Assembly: GCA_003216795.1 (NCBI GenBank)
Contig: QCIH01000007.1
Location: forward strand, 335-64,334
DNA length: 64,000 nucleotides
Direction: 5' to 3'
Source of the DNA: Prochlorococcus sp. AG-402-K16
GTDB taxonomy: Bacteria > Cyanobacteriota > Cyanobacteriia > PCC-6307 > Cyanobiaceae
Shown: positions 9,426-20,199 of the stretch, piece by piece
Layout: the number at the start of each line of letters is the position of its first letter
How positions within the stretch are numbered: position 1 is the stretch's first letter
Position numbers and translations under genes: made by a program
Notes under the pieces: model-generated
Databases searched by the model: none
What the model saw: only the letters and a program-made list of their open reading frames with translations
Told to the model about the DNA's origin: nothing

Positions 9426-11186
9426 TTATAAAGCACTAAGCCAAATTACTTGAAAAGGATCAAGACTAATATTTTTGCAATTGTATTTAGTGGATGTTAA
9501 AAAATCATAGGTGTTGAAATCATTATCAATTATTTTTGGTAGATCATTATCATTCAATTGATAATTAATTTTATTTTCAGTCATATTATGGATTGCAAAA
9601 ACAGACTCAGGACCTTTTCCTCTTTTAATTACAACAATATCACTTCTACCTTTAGACAAACATTTCATTTGTGAACAAGGGTGAAATTGCTTTAATTCTG
9701 ATCGGACATCCATAGCATTACGAAGATATTTTAAGTTTTTATTAGCATTAGATTCAGGATTATTTAAAACAGCGGAAAGATTTTCTGATTTAAACTTTTC
9801 TCTATTTAGATCTCTTCTTTGACCTGTCATAGAAAAACTTTTGATATCATTTTCTGAAGCTAGTAATGCTGGCAAATAAAATGCAGGGACCCCTTTCAGA
9901 GCCATTACTAATAATTGACTCAAAATAAATCTCTCATGTTGAAATCTTTTAGCATCTCTACTGGAGTCTTCCATTGCACTCCACCAACTAATATTCAATT
10001 CATAAGGTTTATCATCACCATTTGACAAACGTCTATGACTTACTAATCCCCCTCTTTTCTCACAATTAATTAATAAATCCTTAATTCTCTGCTCATTCAT
10101 TAAACCCTCAAGAGCTCTTAGCCCAACACCATCGTGCGATGCTGTGAAATTAAATAACGTAGTATCTTCAGGTAATATGGGCCAATCAAAAATCCATGAA
10201 TTTAGAATATCAGCTCTTGAAGTAATAATTGCCTCTAGGAGAAGAGGAGGCAATGGGAAATTATATGCCATGTGGGCTTCATCATCAGGAATGAGATAAG
10301 ATAAATTCTCCTTCTGAGGAACATTGGTTTCTGTTATTAAAACTCCATCATCAAGAAGATTATTTAAAAGGACTCTTAAGAGTTTTACAATTGAATGAGC
10401 TTTGGGTAAATGTAAACATGTAGTTCCTGATTCCTTCCAAATAAAACCTACAGCATCAAGCCTTAACCATTTAATTCCATTAGATAAATAAGTAGTAATT
10501 AAATTTAAGAACTCAATAGTCATTTTAGGATTATGCCAATTCAAATCAATTTGATCTGGCCCAAAAGTTGTCCAAACTTGTTTAGGGCCATCATCAGTAT
10601 TTATTTGAGAAAACAAAGAGGAACTCCTAGGCCTAACAACATTTGACCAGTCAAGATTTTGTTTCGGTGAAAAAACATTTGATATACCCGGTTCTTGGGA
10701 TTTAATAAATTGTTGAACCCATGGGTGAGATGACGAGACATGGTTTAGTACTAAATCAGCCATCAAGTCATGATTTTTAGAAATACTTTTGAGATCATCC
10801 CAACCACCAAATTTTTCTTCTAGGGAATCATAACTTGAGACTGCGAAACCTCCATCGCTTGTGGATTTTAGAAAAGGCAGAATATGTACAACTTTAGAAA
10901 GACTGCCAAAATGTTTACTTAACAACTTCCTAAGAGTTGTTAATGTTGCCTCGCCATTTTTATAAATACTATCTGCATAAGTTATCAAAACTGAATGAGA
11001 TTCATTCCACCTTTCCTTATCTCTTATTTCTTCATAAGCAGATTTCTCTGAGAAATCATCTAAAATCTGTAATAATTGGTTTGAAATAAAATTAATTTCT
11101 TCTGTAGTATGATTTGAATAAATTGTTTTTAACAATTTATCAATTTTTAATCTATCTAATTTTTTCTCTGAATCAATTTGCTTCAC
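9426..11186 (-). CDS. GH13 sucrose-phosphorylase-family enzyme, probable glucosylglycerate phosphorylase
   Basis: HILPFLKSTSDGGF, nucleophile block RLDAVGFIWKE, ITETNVP and TASHDGVG. Substrate is inferred from context only. Confidence 0.75.
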   Translation of the reverse strand: MKQIDSEKKLDRLKIDKLLKTIYSNHTTEEINFISNQLLQILDDFSEKSAYEEIRDKERWNESHSVLITYADSIYKNGEATLTTLRKLLSKHFGSLSKVVHILPFLKSTSDGGFAVSSYDSLEEKFGGWDDLKSISKNHDLMADLVLNHVSSSHPWVQQFIKSQEPGISNVFSPKQNLDWSNVVRPRSSSLFSQINTDDGPKQVWTTFGPDQIDLNWHNPKMTIEFLNLITTYLSNGIKWLRLDAVGFIWKESGTTCLHLPKAHSIVKLLRVLLNNLLDDGVLITETNVPQKENLSYLIPDDEAHMAYNFPLPPLLLEAIITSRADILNSWIFDWPILPEDTTLFNFTASHDGVGLRALEGLMNEQRIKDLLINCEKRGGLVSHRRLSNGDDKPYELNISWWSAMEDSSRDAKRFQHERFILSQLLVMALKGVPAFYLPALLASENDIKSFSMTGQRRDLNREKFKSENLSAVLNNPESNANKNLKYLRNAMDVRSELKQFHPCSQMKCLSKGRSDIVVIKRGKGPESVFAIHNMTENKINYQLNDNDLPKIIDNDFNTYDFLTSTKYNCKNISLDPFQVIWLSAL

Positions 11187-11236
11187 TTTGAAAAAATCAT
11201 CGAAGTATTAATACCATTCTGCACATCAATTAGAAA

Positions 11237-12463
11237 ATGGACTTTCAACAAGGTTTAATCACAACAATACATGAATATGGAGTTACAGGAAATTTACTTA
11301 AAGAATTAAACAAAAGTCTTAAAAGAAGATCAACTAGCATTTTAATACCATGCTTATATGAAGAGTTTGAGCGTCCAGCATTAAAAGATATAAGAGAAGT
11401 TTTAAAAAACCTTACAGGCTTAAATGAATTAGTAATTGCTCTCTCTGCAAAAACTGTTGAGCAAGTTAAGGCAGCAAAATCATTTTTTGACTCAATGCCA
11501 TTCCCAGTTCACGTTCAATGGACTAATTCTCCCTCTGTAATTGAGCTATTAAAAAGCCAAGAAAAAAATGGATTAGAACTTTTAGGAACTCCTGGTAAAG
11601 GATGGGCTGTATGGCAAGGCATAGGAGTTGCTACTAGAAAATCGGAAGTTGTTGCTCTTTTTGATGCTGATATAAGAACTTTTAGTAATTTATATCCTTC
11701 AAAAATGATACTTCCTCTTCTGGATGAATCATATGGAATATCATATGTAAAAGCTTTTTACAGTAGATTATCTCTAGAAACAAATCAATTGCAAGGTAGA
11801 GCAACAAGATTATTCGTGGGTCCTTTATTAGCAAGTCTTGAGCAGTTAGTTGGTAAAGGTCCGTTTTTACAATATCTTCAATCATTTAGATATCCATTAG
11901 CAGGTGAATTTGCTTTTACTAAAGACCTTGCTATGAATTTAAGAATACCTTGTGACTGGGGTTTAGAGATAGGTTTATTATCAGAGGTTTATAGAAACGT
12001 AAGGACCTCCAAAATAGCACAGGTTGACCTAGGTTTATTTGATCATAAACATAAGAATATTGGAGATTCTTCTAAAGAAGGATTGCAAAAAATGTGTACA
12101 GAAATACTTTCAAGTGTTTTAAGAGGTCTCATGGAGCATCAAGCCGAGACCTTAACTAGCACTCAACTCGCAACTTTAGAAGTTCTCTACAAAAGAGTTG
12201 GAGAAGATCGGGTAAAACAATTTGGATTAGATTCAGCAGTTAATCAACTTCCATACGATAGGCACGAAGAAGAATTATCAGTACAAAAATTTGCGAAACT
12301 ATTAAGACCTGCTACAGAAGATTATTTGGCTTGTCCTACGACACTTCAATTACCAAGTTGGTCAAGAGTTCTATCTTGTGAGAACAAACTGCAAGAAGAT
12401 TTAGCTATTGCCGGATCAAAAGATATAAAGATAAGTGAAAAAGAATTAATTAAAAACTTCTAA
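11237..12463 (+). CDS. gpgS: glucosyl-3-phosphoglycerate synthase (GT81)
   Basis: GT-A fold with DADI (DxD) motif. Size and sequence fit GpgS. Divergent from the gpgP operon. Confidence 0.8.
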   Translation: MDFQQGLITTIHEYGVTGNLLKELNKSLKRRSTSILIPCLYEEFERPALKDIREVLKNLTGLNELVIALSAKTVEQVKAAKSFFDSMPFPVHVQWTNSPSVIELLKSQEKNGLELLGTPGKGWAVWQGIGVATRKSEVVALFDADIRTFSNLYPSKMILPLLDESYGISYVKAFYSRLSLETNQLQGRATRLFVGPLLASLEQLVGKGPFLQYLQSFRYPLAGEFAFTKDLAMNLRIPCDWGLEIGLLSEVYRNVRTSKIAQVDLGLFDHKHKNIGDSSKEGLQKMCTEILSSVLRGLMEHQAETLTSTQLATLEVLYKRVGEDRVKQFGLDSAVNQLPYDRHEEELSVQKFAKLLRPATEDYLACPTTLQLPSWSRVLSCENKLQEDLAIAGSKDIKISEKELIKNF

Positions 12464-14169
12464 AGCAAAAAATACCTCTGAGCCATTGGGACTTCATCAA
12501 GTGGTTCACAAGTAAGAAGTTCTCCATCAGAAAAAACTTCATAAGTTTGAGGATCAACAGAAATATTTGGTAGTTTACTATTAAGTTTTAAGTTTGATTT
12601 ATTGATATTTCTGGTATTTTCTACCGCAATACATTTCTTTTGTAAGCCTAATTTATTTGGAATATTTTGTTCAATTGAATTTTTACTTAAAAAGGTAAAA
12701 GAACTCTTAATTAGAGATTGGCCGAAACTTGCAAACATAGGTCGACCATGTACAGGACCTGGAGTAGGAATTGAAGCATTTGCATCACCCATTTGGGACC
12801 AAACTATAGATCCTCCTTTAACAACTAATTCAGGCTTTACCGCAAAAAAGGAAGGTTTCCACAATGCCAAATCCGCCATTTTACCCTTTTCTATAGACCC
12901 AACATGATTATCAATACCATGAGCTATTGCAGGATTAATTGTGACTTTAGAAATATATCTCTTTACTCTATAATTATCGTTTCTATCAGAATCCTGAGAT
13001 AGCGGCCCTCTTTGGACTTTCATTTTATGTGCGGTTTGAAAAGTTCTTGTAATTACTTCACCAACCCTTCCCATAGCTTGAGAATCACTAGCAATAATTG
13101 AAAAGGCACCTACATCATGCAAGATATCCTCAGCTGCAATAGTCTCTCTTCTGATCCTTGATTCAGCAAATGCAATGTCTTCTGGAATTTTAGAATCTAA
13201 ATGATGACAAACCATTAACATGTCAAGATGTTCTTCTAATGTGTTCCTGGTAAAAGGTCTTGTTGGATTTGTACTACTCGGAAGAACATTTTTTTCTCCA
13301 CAGATTTTTATAATATCTGGAGCATGACCTCCACCTGCTCCTTCGGTATGAAAAGTATGAATAGTTCTTCCTGCAATAGCGTTGATGGTATCTTCAACAA
13401 ACCCTGCCTCATTCAAAGTATCAGTATGAATACATACTTGTACGTCAAACTTATCTGCAACATTTAGACAGGAATTTATTGTAGAAGGAGTGGTTCCCCA
13501 ATCCTCATGAAGCTTCAATCCACACGCACCAGCCTCAACCTGATCAATAAGATTGCTCTCATTTGTTGAGTTTCCCTTTCCAAAAAAACCTAAATTCATT
13601 GGAAATGCTTCTGCAGATTGAAGCATTCTTGAAATATGAAAAGAACCCGGAGTACAAGTAGTAGCATTTGTGCCAGTTGCAGGTCCAGTTCCTCCTCCTA
13701 ACATGGTTGTAATTCCAGACGCTAGTGCTGTCTCAATTTGTTGGGGACAGATAAAATGAATATGCGTGTCTATTGATCCTGCAGTAAGGATATGCCCCTC
13801 TCCAGCTATTACTTCTGTTGATGCACCAATTACAATATCAACATTATCCTGGATATCAGGATTGCCCGCCTTACCAATTTCAAAAATCATTCCATCTTTT
13901 ATACCCACATCAGCCTTAATTATTCCCCACCAATCTACTATCAAAGCATTAGTTATAACGGTATCTACAGCTCCATCAGCTCTTCTTACTTGAGACTGTC
14001 CCATCCCATCTCGAATAACCTTACCTCCACCAAATTTAACTTCATCTCCGTATGTAGTTAAATCCTTTTCTACTTCTATAAAAAGTTCAGTATCAGCGAG
14101 CCTTACTCTATCCCCGGTAGTAGGTCCGTAAGTTTGTGCGTAAGTTTTTCTATCAATTTTATAAGACAT
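12460..14169 (-). CDS. ureC: urease alpha subunit
   Basis: IDTHIHF, MVCHHLD and GGGHAPD motifs. Confidence 0.97.
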   Translation of the reverse strand: MSYKIDRKTYAQTYGPTTGDRVRLADTELFIEVEKDLTTYGDEVKFGGGKVIRDGMGQSQVRRADGAVDTVITNALIVDWWGIIKADVGIKDGMIFEIGKAGNPDIQDNVDIVIGASTEVIAGEGHILTAGSIDTHIHFICPQQIETALASGITTMLGGGTGPATGTNATTCTPGSFHISRMLQSAEAFPMNLGFFGKGNSTNESNLIDQVEAGACGLKLHEDWGTTPSTINSCLNVADKFDVQVCIHTDTLNEAGFVEDTINAIAGRTIHTFHTEGAGGGHAPDIIKICGEKNVLPSSTNPTRPFTRNTLEEHLDMLMVCHHLDSKIPEDIAFAESRIRRETIAAEDILHDVGAFSIIASDSQAMGRVGEVITRTFQTAHKMKVQRGPLSQDSDRNDNYRVKRYISKVTINPAIAHGIDNHVGSIEKGKMADLALWKPSFFAVKPELVVKGGSIVWSQMGDANASIPTPGPVHGRPMFASFGQSLIKSSFTFLSKNSIEQNIPNKLGLQKKCIAVENTRNINKSNLKLNSKLPNISVDPQTYEVFSDGELLTCEPLDEVPMAQRYFLL

Positions 14170-14173
14170 GATT

Positions 14174-14494
14174 TTAACTATCTAAAGAACCATTAACTAA
14201 TGAATTAAAACCATATGCATTTCTTAAACCTGAAAATGGCACTAATTTGACATCTGTTGTATCACCCGGTTCAAATCTAACTGCTGTTCCTGCAGGAATG
14301 TCAAGACGCATACCATGTGTTATTTCTCGATCAAAAATTAAAGCCTTGTTTGCTTCATAAAAATGATAATGAGATCCAACTTGCACAGGTCTATCTCCAG
14401 AATTAGAAACAGTTACTGTTTTAACTTGCTTACTAAGATTTAGTTCGATTTCACCTTGTTCAGGAATTATTTCGCCAGGAATTAAATTACTCAT
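14174..14494 (-). CDS. ureB: urease beta subunit
   Basis: 106-aa UreB-like sequence ([13 protein letters not shown]). Confidence 0.95.
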   Translation of the reverse strand: MSNLIPGEIIPEQGEIELNLSKQVKTVTVSNSGDRPVQVGSHYHFYEANKALIFDREITHGMRLDIPAGTAVRFEPGDTTDVKLVPFSGLRNAYGFNSLVNGSLDS

Positions 14495-14496
14495 AA

Positions 14497-14799
14497 CTAA
14501 TTAATCGGATTGTGAATAGTAACTAATTTAGTCCCATCGGGGAAAACCGCTTCTATTTGAACTTCATCAACCATTTCAGAAATACCGTCCATAACCTGTG
14601 ATTTTGAAAGCCAGGTAGTTCCCTCTGACATTAATTGACTTACACTTTTACCATCTCGTGCTCCTTCAAGAACTTGAAAACTTATAAAAGCAATTGTTTC
14701 AGGATAATTAAGCTTAAGCCCTCTACTAAGCCTTCTTTCAGCTAAGAGCGCGGCAGAAAAAATCAATAATTTATCCTTTTCTTGAGGTGAAAGATGCAT
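14497..14799 (-). CDS. ureA: urease gamma subunit
   Basis: [17 protein letters not shown], a typical UreA N-terminus. Confidence 0.95.
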   Translation of the reverse strand: MHLSPQEKDKLLIFSAALLAERRLSRGLKLNYPETIAFISFQVLEGARDGKSVSQLMSEGTTWLSKSQVMDGISEMVDEVQIEAVFPDGTKLVTIHNPIN

Positions 14800-14849
14800 A
14801 ATAAAAAACTAATCTATAAATTCTTAAAAAAGGTTCTTTCTGAACATAA

Positions 14850-15752
14850 TTAATAATTCATAGAATCTTGTAAAGGCCATACACCTTGATATTTTGGCTC
14901 ACAAAATCCACAAACAGACCTAATTTGTTTCCAAATACAAAAAAAACATTTTCTAGCATCTTGAGAAGAACTCCCTAGAAATCTTACAGAGATTCCATTT
15001 TCAAGGATTCCAATAGATAAATTATTATTAGTTTCATTGAAAATCTTTTTTATATTTCCTACAAGATTATTTATTTTTGACTTGGAAAAATCTTTTTCGC
15101 AAATCCAAATTAATGATCCAAAAACGGGCATGTAATCCATTCCTGACTTGGCCACAAAACTTGCCTTAGATAATTCAATCTGATCAACATATTCCCAATC
15201 ATCAAGTACATCATTATTTCTCATAATTTCTAATTTAGACCTAAAAACTCCACTCTCAATAGATTCTCCGGAAGAAGATCTTCCAAGTCTTATTAAATCA
15301 GTAAATAAAAAACTTGAAGTTTCTGAAATAGATACTTTAAAAATTTGCTCATATAAACCATTTGCAAAGATGATTGTCTCTTGAGGAAGATACTCTAAAT
15401 GAGAATTATCAAGAATGTTTATAAGATTCTTTTGCTTTGAAAAACTTCCTTTTGGATTAATTTTAGATCTTCCAACTGATCCATATACTTTCTGGGCTGA
15501 AGAAGTCGTCAACAAAACTTTAGAGTTTCTTTCAAGATTTACTTCAAAATCAAGTAAATCTCCTCCTACCAATCCCCCTGCTGTATGTAGAACAGGCAAA
15601 ATGCATCTGCCCTCTTGATCATGAGTTGACTTCAATAACTTATAAGGAGAAGTTGATTTAGATTTAAAGATTGTTTTATCAACATTTCCTAAACTTGCTT
15701 TATTATTGAAAAAATTTAAGAAACAATTACCTTCCCATGAAGTTTCAATCAT
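14850..15752 (-). CDS. ureD: urease accessory protein UreD
   Basis: [10 protein letters not shown] motif and its position upstream of ureABC. Confidence 0.85.
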   Translation of the reverse strand: MIETSWEGNCFLNFFNNKASLGNVDKTIFKSKSTSPYKLLKSTHDQEGRCILPVLHTAGGLVGGDLLDFEVNLERNSKVLLTTSSAQKVYGSVGRSKINPKGSFSKQKNLINILDNSHLEYLPQETIIFANGLYEQIFKVSISETSSFLFTDLIRLGRSSSGESIESGVFRSKLEIMRNNDVLDDWEYVDQIELSKASFVAKSGMDYMPVFGSLIWICEKDFSKSKINNLVGNIKKIFNETNNNLSIGILENGISVRFLGSSSQDARKCFFCIWKQIRSVCGFCEPKYQGVWPLQDSMNY

Positions 15753-15800
15753 AAATTGTTTTCTTTAATTACTAAATTAAAGTAACCAAAAATTTTGATT

Positions 15801-16250
15801 ATGAGAATGAATAAACAAATTGTTGTAACTGATTGGATTAAGGAAAAACCAAAATTAGGTTCATTTTTAAAACTTACCTTAAGCTCAGATGAAAGAAGAA
15901 TCTTAAGAGGTAAAAGATTAACTGATTGTGATCAAGAAATAATTTTACAATTACCTAGAAAAGGTAAATTAAATGATGGAGATATTCTTTCAACTAATAA
16001 GTCTAATTTTTATGTAGAGATAATTGCCAAAAAAGAAGATTTAATTGAAATAAGTTCAAATTCTAAAATTGAGCTTATTAAAACTGCTTATCATCTTGGA
16101 AATAGACACGTGGAAGTAGAAATCGAAGAAGGTATTCTTCTAACAAAAAGTGATTATGTTATTAAAAATATGCTTCTTAATTTTAAAGTTGATGTAAAAA
16201 ATACGAAAAAAAAGTTTTTTCCAGAAAGAGGTGCCCATAGTCATGAGTAA
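15801..16250 (+). CDS. ureE: urease accessory protein UreE
   Basis: UreE-like sequence with AYHLGNRH. First ATG used; the ORF track starts at TTG 15795. Confidence 0.85.
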   Translation: MRMNKQIVVTDWIKEKPKLGSFLKLTLSSDERRILRGKRLTDCDQEIILQLPRKGKLNDGDILSTNKSNFYVEIIAKKEDLIEISSNSKIELIKTAYHLGNRHVEVEIEEGILLTKSDYVIKNMLLNFKVDVKNTKKKFFPERGAHSHE

Positions 16251-16929
16251 AAGTCACTTATTAAAATATTTATTAATAAGTCCTAACTTACCAGTTGGAG
16301 GATTTTGTTATTCTGAGGGAATGGAGAGTTATCTTCATAATAAAAATTTAACAGATTCAAATTCGGTAAAAGAATTAATAATAAGTGAACTAGAAATTGG
16401 TCAGATAAGACTAGATGCAAAACTTTTACTAGATTTTTATGATATTTTCAGTGAGATAAAAGACCGTAAAAATTTAAAAGGTAATTTGCAAAAACTAATG
16501 AGTTTGGATAAATGGATCCTCTCTTCAAAGGACTCTATAGAAATTAGAGAACAACAAATTCAAATGTCAAAATCTCTCTTTGATTTAACCAAAGAATTTG
16601 GATTTGAATATCTATATGAAAATAATGAAAAAAGCTCCTGGTCATTAGCGTGGAGTTGGGCTTGTTATTGTTTTGAAATTACCAAGTTAGAAATGGTTGA
16701 GAATTTTTTCTATGCATGGAGTGCAAACCAACTTAGTGCTGCATTAAGAATTATTCCTATTGGGTCAACAAAAGCACAATTAATTCAGAGAGACTTATTA
16801 GCAATAATTTCAAAAGTTTCTAAAGAAATTATGGACAAAGAAATTGATGACATCTATTTTGGCAATGTAGGTTTAGCTATGGCACAACAAAATCATAATG
16901 ACCTTTATACAAAACTTTTTAGAAATTAA
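16231..16929 (+). CDS. ureF: urease accessory protein UreF
   Basis: LPVGGFCYSEGME motif. 20-nt overlap with ureE. Confidence 0.85.
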   Translation: MPIVMSKSHLLKYLLISPNLPVGGFCYSEGMESYLHNKNLTDSNSVKELIISELEIGQIRLDAKLLLDFYDIFSEIKDRKNLKGNLQKLMSLDKWILSSKDSIEIREQQIQMSKSLFDLTKEFGFEYLYENNEKSSWSLAWSWACYCFEITKLEMVENFFYAWSANQLSAALRIIPIGSTKAQLIQRDLLAIISKVSKEIMDKEIDDIYFGNVGLAMAQQNHNDLYTKLFRN

Positions 16930-16932
16930 TTT

Positions 16933-17538
16933 ATGAGCAGCAAATTGAGAGTAGGGGTTGCTGGGCCTGTAGGTTCAGGAAAAACTGCATTAATAGAGAC
17001 TCTATGCTTAAGCATGAAAAATAATTATGAGATAGCAGTTGTCACCAATGATATCTACACCAAAGAAGATGCTAACTTTCTAATAAATAATAAGGTTTTA
17101 GATGAAGGAAGAATTATTGGTGTAGAAACAGGAGGTTGTCCTCATACTGCGATAAGAGAGGATTGTTCATTAAATAAAAATGCAGTTTTAGATTTAGAAA
17201 ATAAATATAATCCTTTAGATTTTGTTTTTGTAGAAAGTGGAGGTGATAATTTAGCATCTAGTTTTAGTCCGGAACTTGTAGATTTATCAATTTATGTAAT
17301 TGATGTGTCTGCCGGAGACAAAATCCCTAGAAAAGGTGGACCAGGAATAACAAGGTCGGATTTATTATTAATAAACAAAATTGACTTGGCAGAAATGGTT
17401 GGTGCAGATTTAAAAATCATGAAAAATGATACGGAATTAATGAGAAAAGGAAGACCTTGGTTTTTTACAAACCTTTCTAAGGGCATAGGAGTTGATGAAG
17501 TTACAAAATTTTTAGAAGCTCAAATACCAAAAATTTAA
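16933..17538 (+). CDS. ureG: urease accessory GTPase UreG
   Basis: [11 protein letters not shown]-loop, ETGGCPH and ESGGDNL. Confidence 0.95.
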   Translation: MSSKLRVGVAGPVGSGKTALIETLCLSMKNNYEIAVVTNDIYTKEDANFLINNKVLDEGRIIGVETGGCPHTAIREDCSLNKNAVLDLENKYNPLDFVFVESGGDNLASSFSPELVDLSIYVIDVSAGDKIPRKGGPGITRSDLLLINKIDLAEMVGADLKIMKNDTELMRKGRPWFFTNLSKGIGVDEVTKFLEAQIPKI

Positions 17539-17581
17539 ATTCACAAAAAAACACTGAGTTTTTATCTTGGATTCAACAAAA

Positions 17582-17624
17582 TGTTACCGTCGCTACAAAA
17601 CTAAATCTCACTCGTTAATAACTT
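17582..17624 (+). promoter_or_regulatory. NtcA-type activated promoter upstream of urtA
   Basis: TGTT-N8-TACA at 17582-17597 is one mismatch from TGTA-N8-TACA. Exactly 22 nt downstream lies TAACTT (TAN3T) at 17619-17624. Confidence 0.55.
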
Positions 17625-17672
17625 TTAATTTATCCCCCTAATGAGGGTCAATTACCTAATTTAAACGAATTC

Positions 17673-18962
17673 ATGAGAATTTCAAGGCGTATTTTGGCAG
17701 GTTTAGCTACTGCCTCTCTAGCCGTTACCGCAACTTCATGTGGAGGAGGTTCAAGCACTTCCGGAAGTTTCGATGACACTGTGACTGTTGGTATTTTACA
17801 TTCCCTTTCAGGAACAATGGCTATATCGGAATCAACTTTAGTTGATACTGAAAAAATGGCTATTGCAGAAATCAACGCTGCTGGCGGTGTAACCGTAGAC
17901 GGCAAAAGCTACAAAATCGAATACATCGTAGAGGATGGAGCTTCTGATTGGCCAACATTTGCTGAGAAGTCTAAAAAGTTAATCGATCAAGATGGTGTGC
18001 CTGTTGTCTTTGGTGGATGGACTTCTGCTAGTAGAAAGGCAATGCTACCTGTATATGAATCAAAAGATGCATTCCTTTACTATCCCATTCAGTATGAAGC
18101 ACAGGAATGTTCAAACAACATTTTCTATACTGGTGCTTCACCAAACCAACAATCAGAACCAGCAACTGACTTCATGTTCAAGAGGTCTCCAGCAGCCGGA
18201 AAACCATTTTTCTTAGTTGGTTCAGACTACGTTTTCCCAAGAACATCAAATACAATTACCAAAGAACAACTTAAATCTCTTGGTGGAACAGTCGTAGGTG
18301 AAGATTATTTACCTTTAGGAAATACTGAAGTTGCTCCTATCATTTCCAAGATAAAGAAAGCCCTGGCACCAACTGGTGGTGGAGTAATTATCAACACACT
18401 TAATGGTGACCAAAACGTTGCCTTCTTTAAGCAAATTCAGGATGCGGGAATTACTCCAAGCAATGGATATTATGTTATGAACTATTCAATTGCAGAGGAA
18501 GAAATAAGCACTATTGGACCTGAATTTTTAGAGGGCCACTATGGAGCTTGGAACTACATGATGTCTATTGATACTCCTGAATCTAAGAAATTTGCAGCTG
18601 ATTTCAAAGCTCTGTATGGAAGCGACAGAGTAGTTGCCGATCCACAGGAGTCTGCATACAACATGGTTTATTTATGGAAACAAGCCGTAGAGGATGCTGG
18701 TACATTTGAAAACAGTGCTGTAAGGGAGGCTCTTGTAGGTCAAACATTTGACGCACCTCAAGGACCAGTAGAAGTTATGCCGAACCACCACCTTGCTCAA
18801 ACAGTAAGAATTGGTTTAATTAAGCCAGAAGGAGGGTTTGAGATTCTTGAAGAAACTGATGGAGTTGTATACCCACAAGCATGGAACCAATTTGAACCAA
18901 GTTCAAAAGGATATGCATGTGACTGGACAGACCCATCTAAAGGAGAAAGATATAAGCTTTAA
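17673..18962 (+). CDS. urtA: urea ABC transporter substrate-binding protein
   Basis: Lipoprotein-like signal with Cys (ATSCGGG) and a periplasmic LivK/UrtA-type binding fold. Followed by urtBCDE. Confidence 0.92.
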   Translation: MRISRRILAGLATASLAVTATSCGGGSSTSGSFDDTVTVGILHSLSGTMAISESTLVDTEKMAIAEINAAGGVTVDGKSYKIEYIVEDGASDWPTFAEKSKKLIDQDGVPVVFGGWTSASRKAMLPVYESKDAFLYYPIQYEAQECSNNIFYTGASPNQQSEPATDFMFKRSPAAGKPFFLVGSDYVFPRTSNTITKEQLKSLGGTVVGEDYLPLGNTEVAPIISKIKKALAPTGGGVIINTLNGDQNVAFFKQIQDAGITPSNGYYVMNYSIAEEEISTIGPEFLEGHYGAWNYMMSIDTPESKKFAADFKALYGSDRVVADPQESAYNMVYLWKQAVEDAGTFENSAVREALVGQTFDAPQGPVEVMPNHHLAQTVRIGLIKPEGGFEILEETDGVVYPQAWNQFEPSSKGYACDWTDPSKGERYKL

Positions 18963-18987
18963 TTTCAATCCTTAGCCTTAAAAAATC

Positions 18988-19012
18988 AAGAGGAGGCTTT
19001 ATGCCTCCTCTT
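18988..19012 (+). terminator. strong intra-operon hairpin after urtA (attenuator or mRNA stabiliser)
   Basis: Perfect 10-bp GC-rich stem AAGAGGAGGC / GCCTCCTCTT with a 5-nt loop TTTAT, followed by T-rich sequence. It starts 26 nt after the urtA stop. Confidence 0.6.
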
Positions 19013-19044
19013 CTTATATCCACCATAATATTCTTCTTAATAAA

Positions 19045-20199
19045 TTGGAATTGCTTCTTGATAGTCTATTTAACGGTGTAGCGATTGGATCAGTTTTACT
19101 TGTAGCTGCATTAGGCTTAGCTATTGTATTTGGTTTGATGGGTGTAATTAACCTTGCTCATGGTGAATTAATGATGCTTGGTGCCTACACTACATATGTA
19201 ACCCAACTAATTTTCAAACTCCCATTATTGAAACCTTATTACAACGCATACGTTATAGTTTCAATCTTTCTAGCATTTATTGTAAGCGGAGTAGTCGGAA
19301 TACTTTTAGAAAAAACAGTAATTAGAAAATTATATGGAAGTCCTTTAGAAACTTTACTCGCAACATGGGGAGTAAGCTTAATCCTTCAACAATTTGTCAG
19401 AAGTGTGCCTTTAGCGTATGGTACGGGTTTGGTTATAAGTCTGATAATTGGTTTGTTTTTACCAACAACATTTCCGTTGAGAATAAAAGAATCAATCAAT
19501 TTCAAATATTTCAAATTTAGTTCTTGGATATTTGCTGCTTTAACTGGAGTTCTAACGGGTAACGTGATTTCATCTTCGGTAAGTAAACTTAGTAGAGCAA
19601 GTGCTAGAAATGTTGATGTAACAGCTCCCGCATGGATGAGAGGTCAGGTTGAAATTCTTGGAACGGCCTTCCCAAAAACAAGATTAATGATAATTATAAT
19701 TACACTGATTTCTGTAATAGCGATAACATTATTTCTTAATCAAAGTGCTTGGGGAATGCGAATAAGAGCAGTAACTCAAAATAGAAAAATGAGTGATTGT
19801 CTTGGCATTTCAACAGAAAAAGTTGATGTCCTTACTTTTGGAATTGGTTCCGGGTTGGCTGGAGTAGCAGGGGTTGCAGTATCACTTTTGGGATCTGTTG
19901 GACCAAATGTTGGAGGTAACTATATAGTTGGATGCTTTATGGTTGTAGTTCTTGGAGGAGTAGGAAATTTATTAGGAACAGTACTTGCTTCCTTTGGAAT
20001 AGGAATTATGACTGATTTAATTGGCGCCGGTCGACTTTTATCTATTTGGCCAGATATGCCTTTACCTCTTTCAAACACAATCAACTTTTTTGCCACGACA
20101 AGTATGGCAAGGGTAATGATATTTGCGTTAATAGTTATATTTTTACAATTTAAACCTACAGGTTTATTTCCTCAAAAAGGGAGGATGGTTGAAAGTTAA
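19045..20199 (+). CDS. urtB: urea ABC transporter permease
   Basis: LivH-like polytopic permease. TTG start as in the ORF track. Confidence 0.9.
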   Translation: MELLLDSLFNGVAIGSVLLVAALGLAIVFGLMGVINLAHGELMMLGAYTTYVTQLIFKLPLLKPYYNAYVIVSIFLAFIVSGVVGILLEKTVIRKLYGSPLETLLATWGVSLILQQFVRSVPLAYGTGLVISLIIGLFLPTTFPLRIKESINFKYFKFSSWIFAALTGVLTGNVISSSVSKLSRASARNVDVTAPAWMRGQVEILGTAFPKTRLMIIIITLISVIAITLFLNQSAWGMRIRAVTQNRKMSDCLGISTEKVDVLTFGIGSGLAGVAGVAVSLLGSVGPNVGGNYIVGCFMVVVLGGVGNLLGTVLASFGIGIMTDLIGAGRLLSIWPDMPLPLSNTINFFATTSMARVMIFALIVIFLQFKPTGLFPQKGRMVES

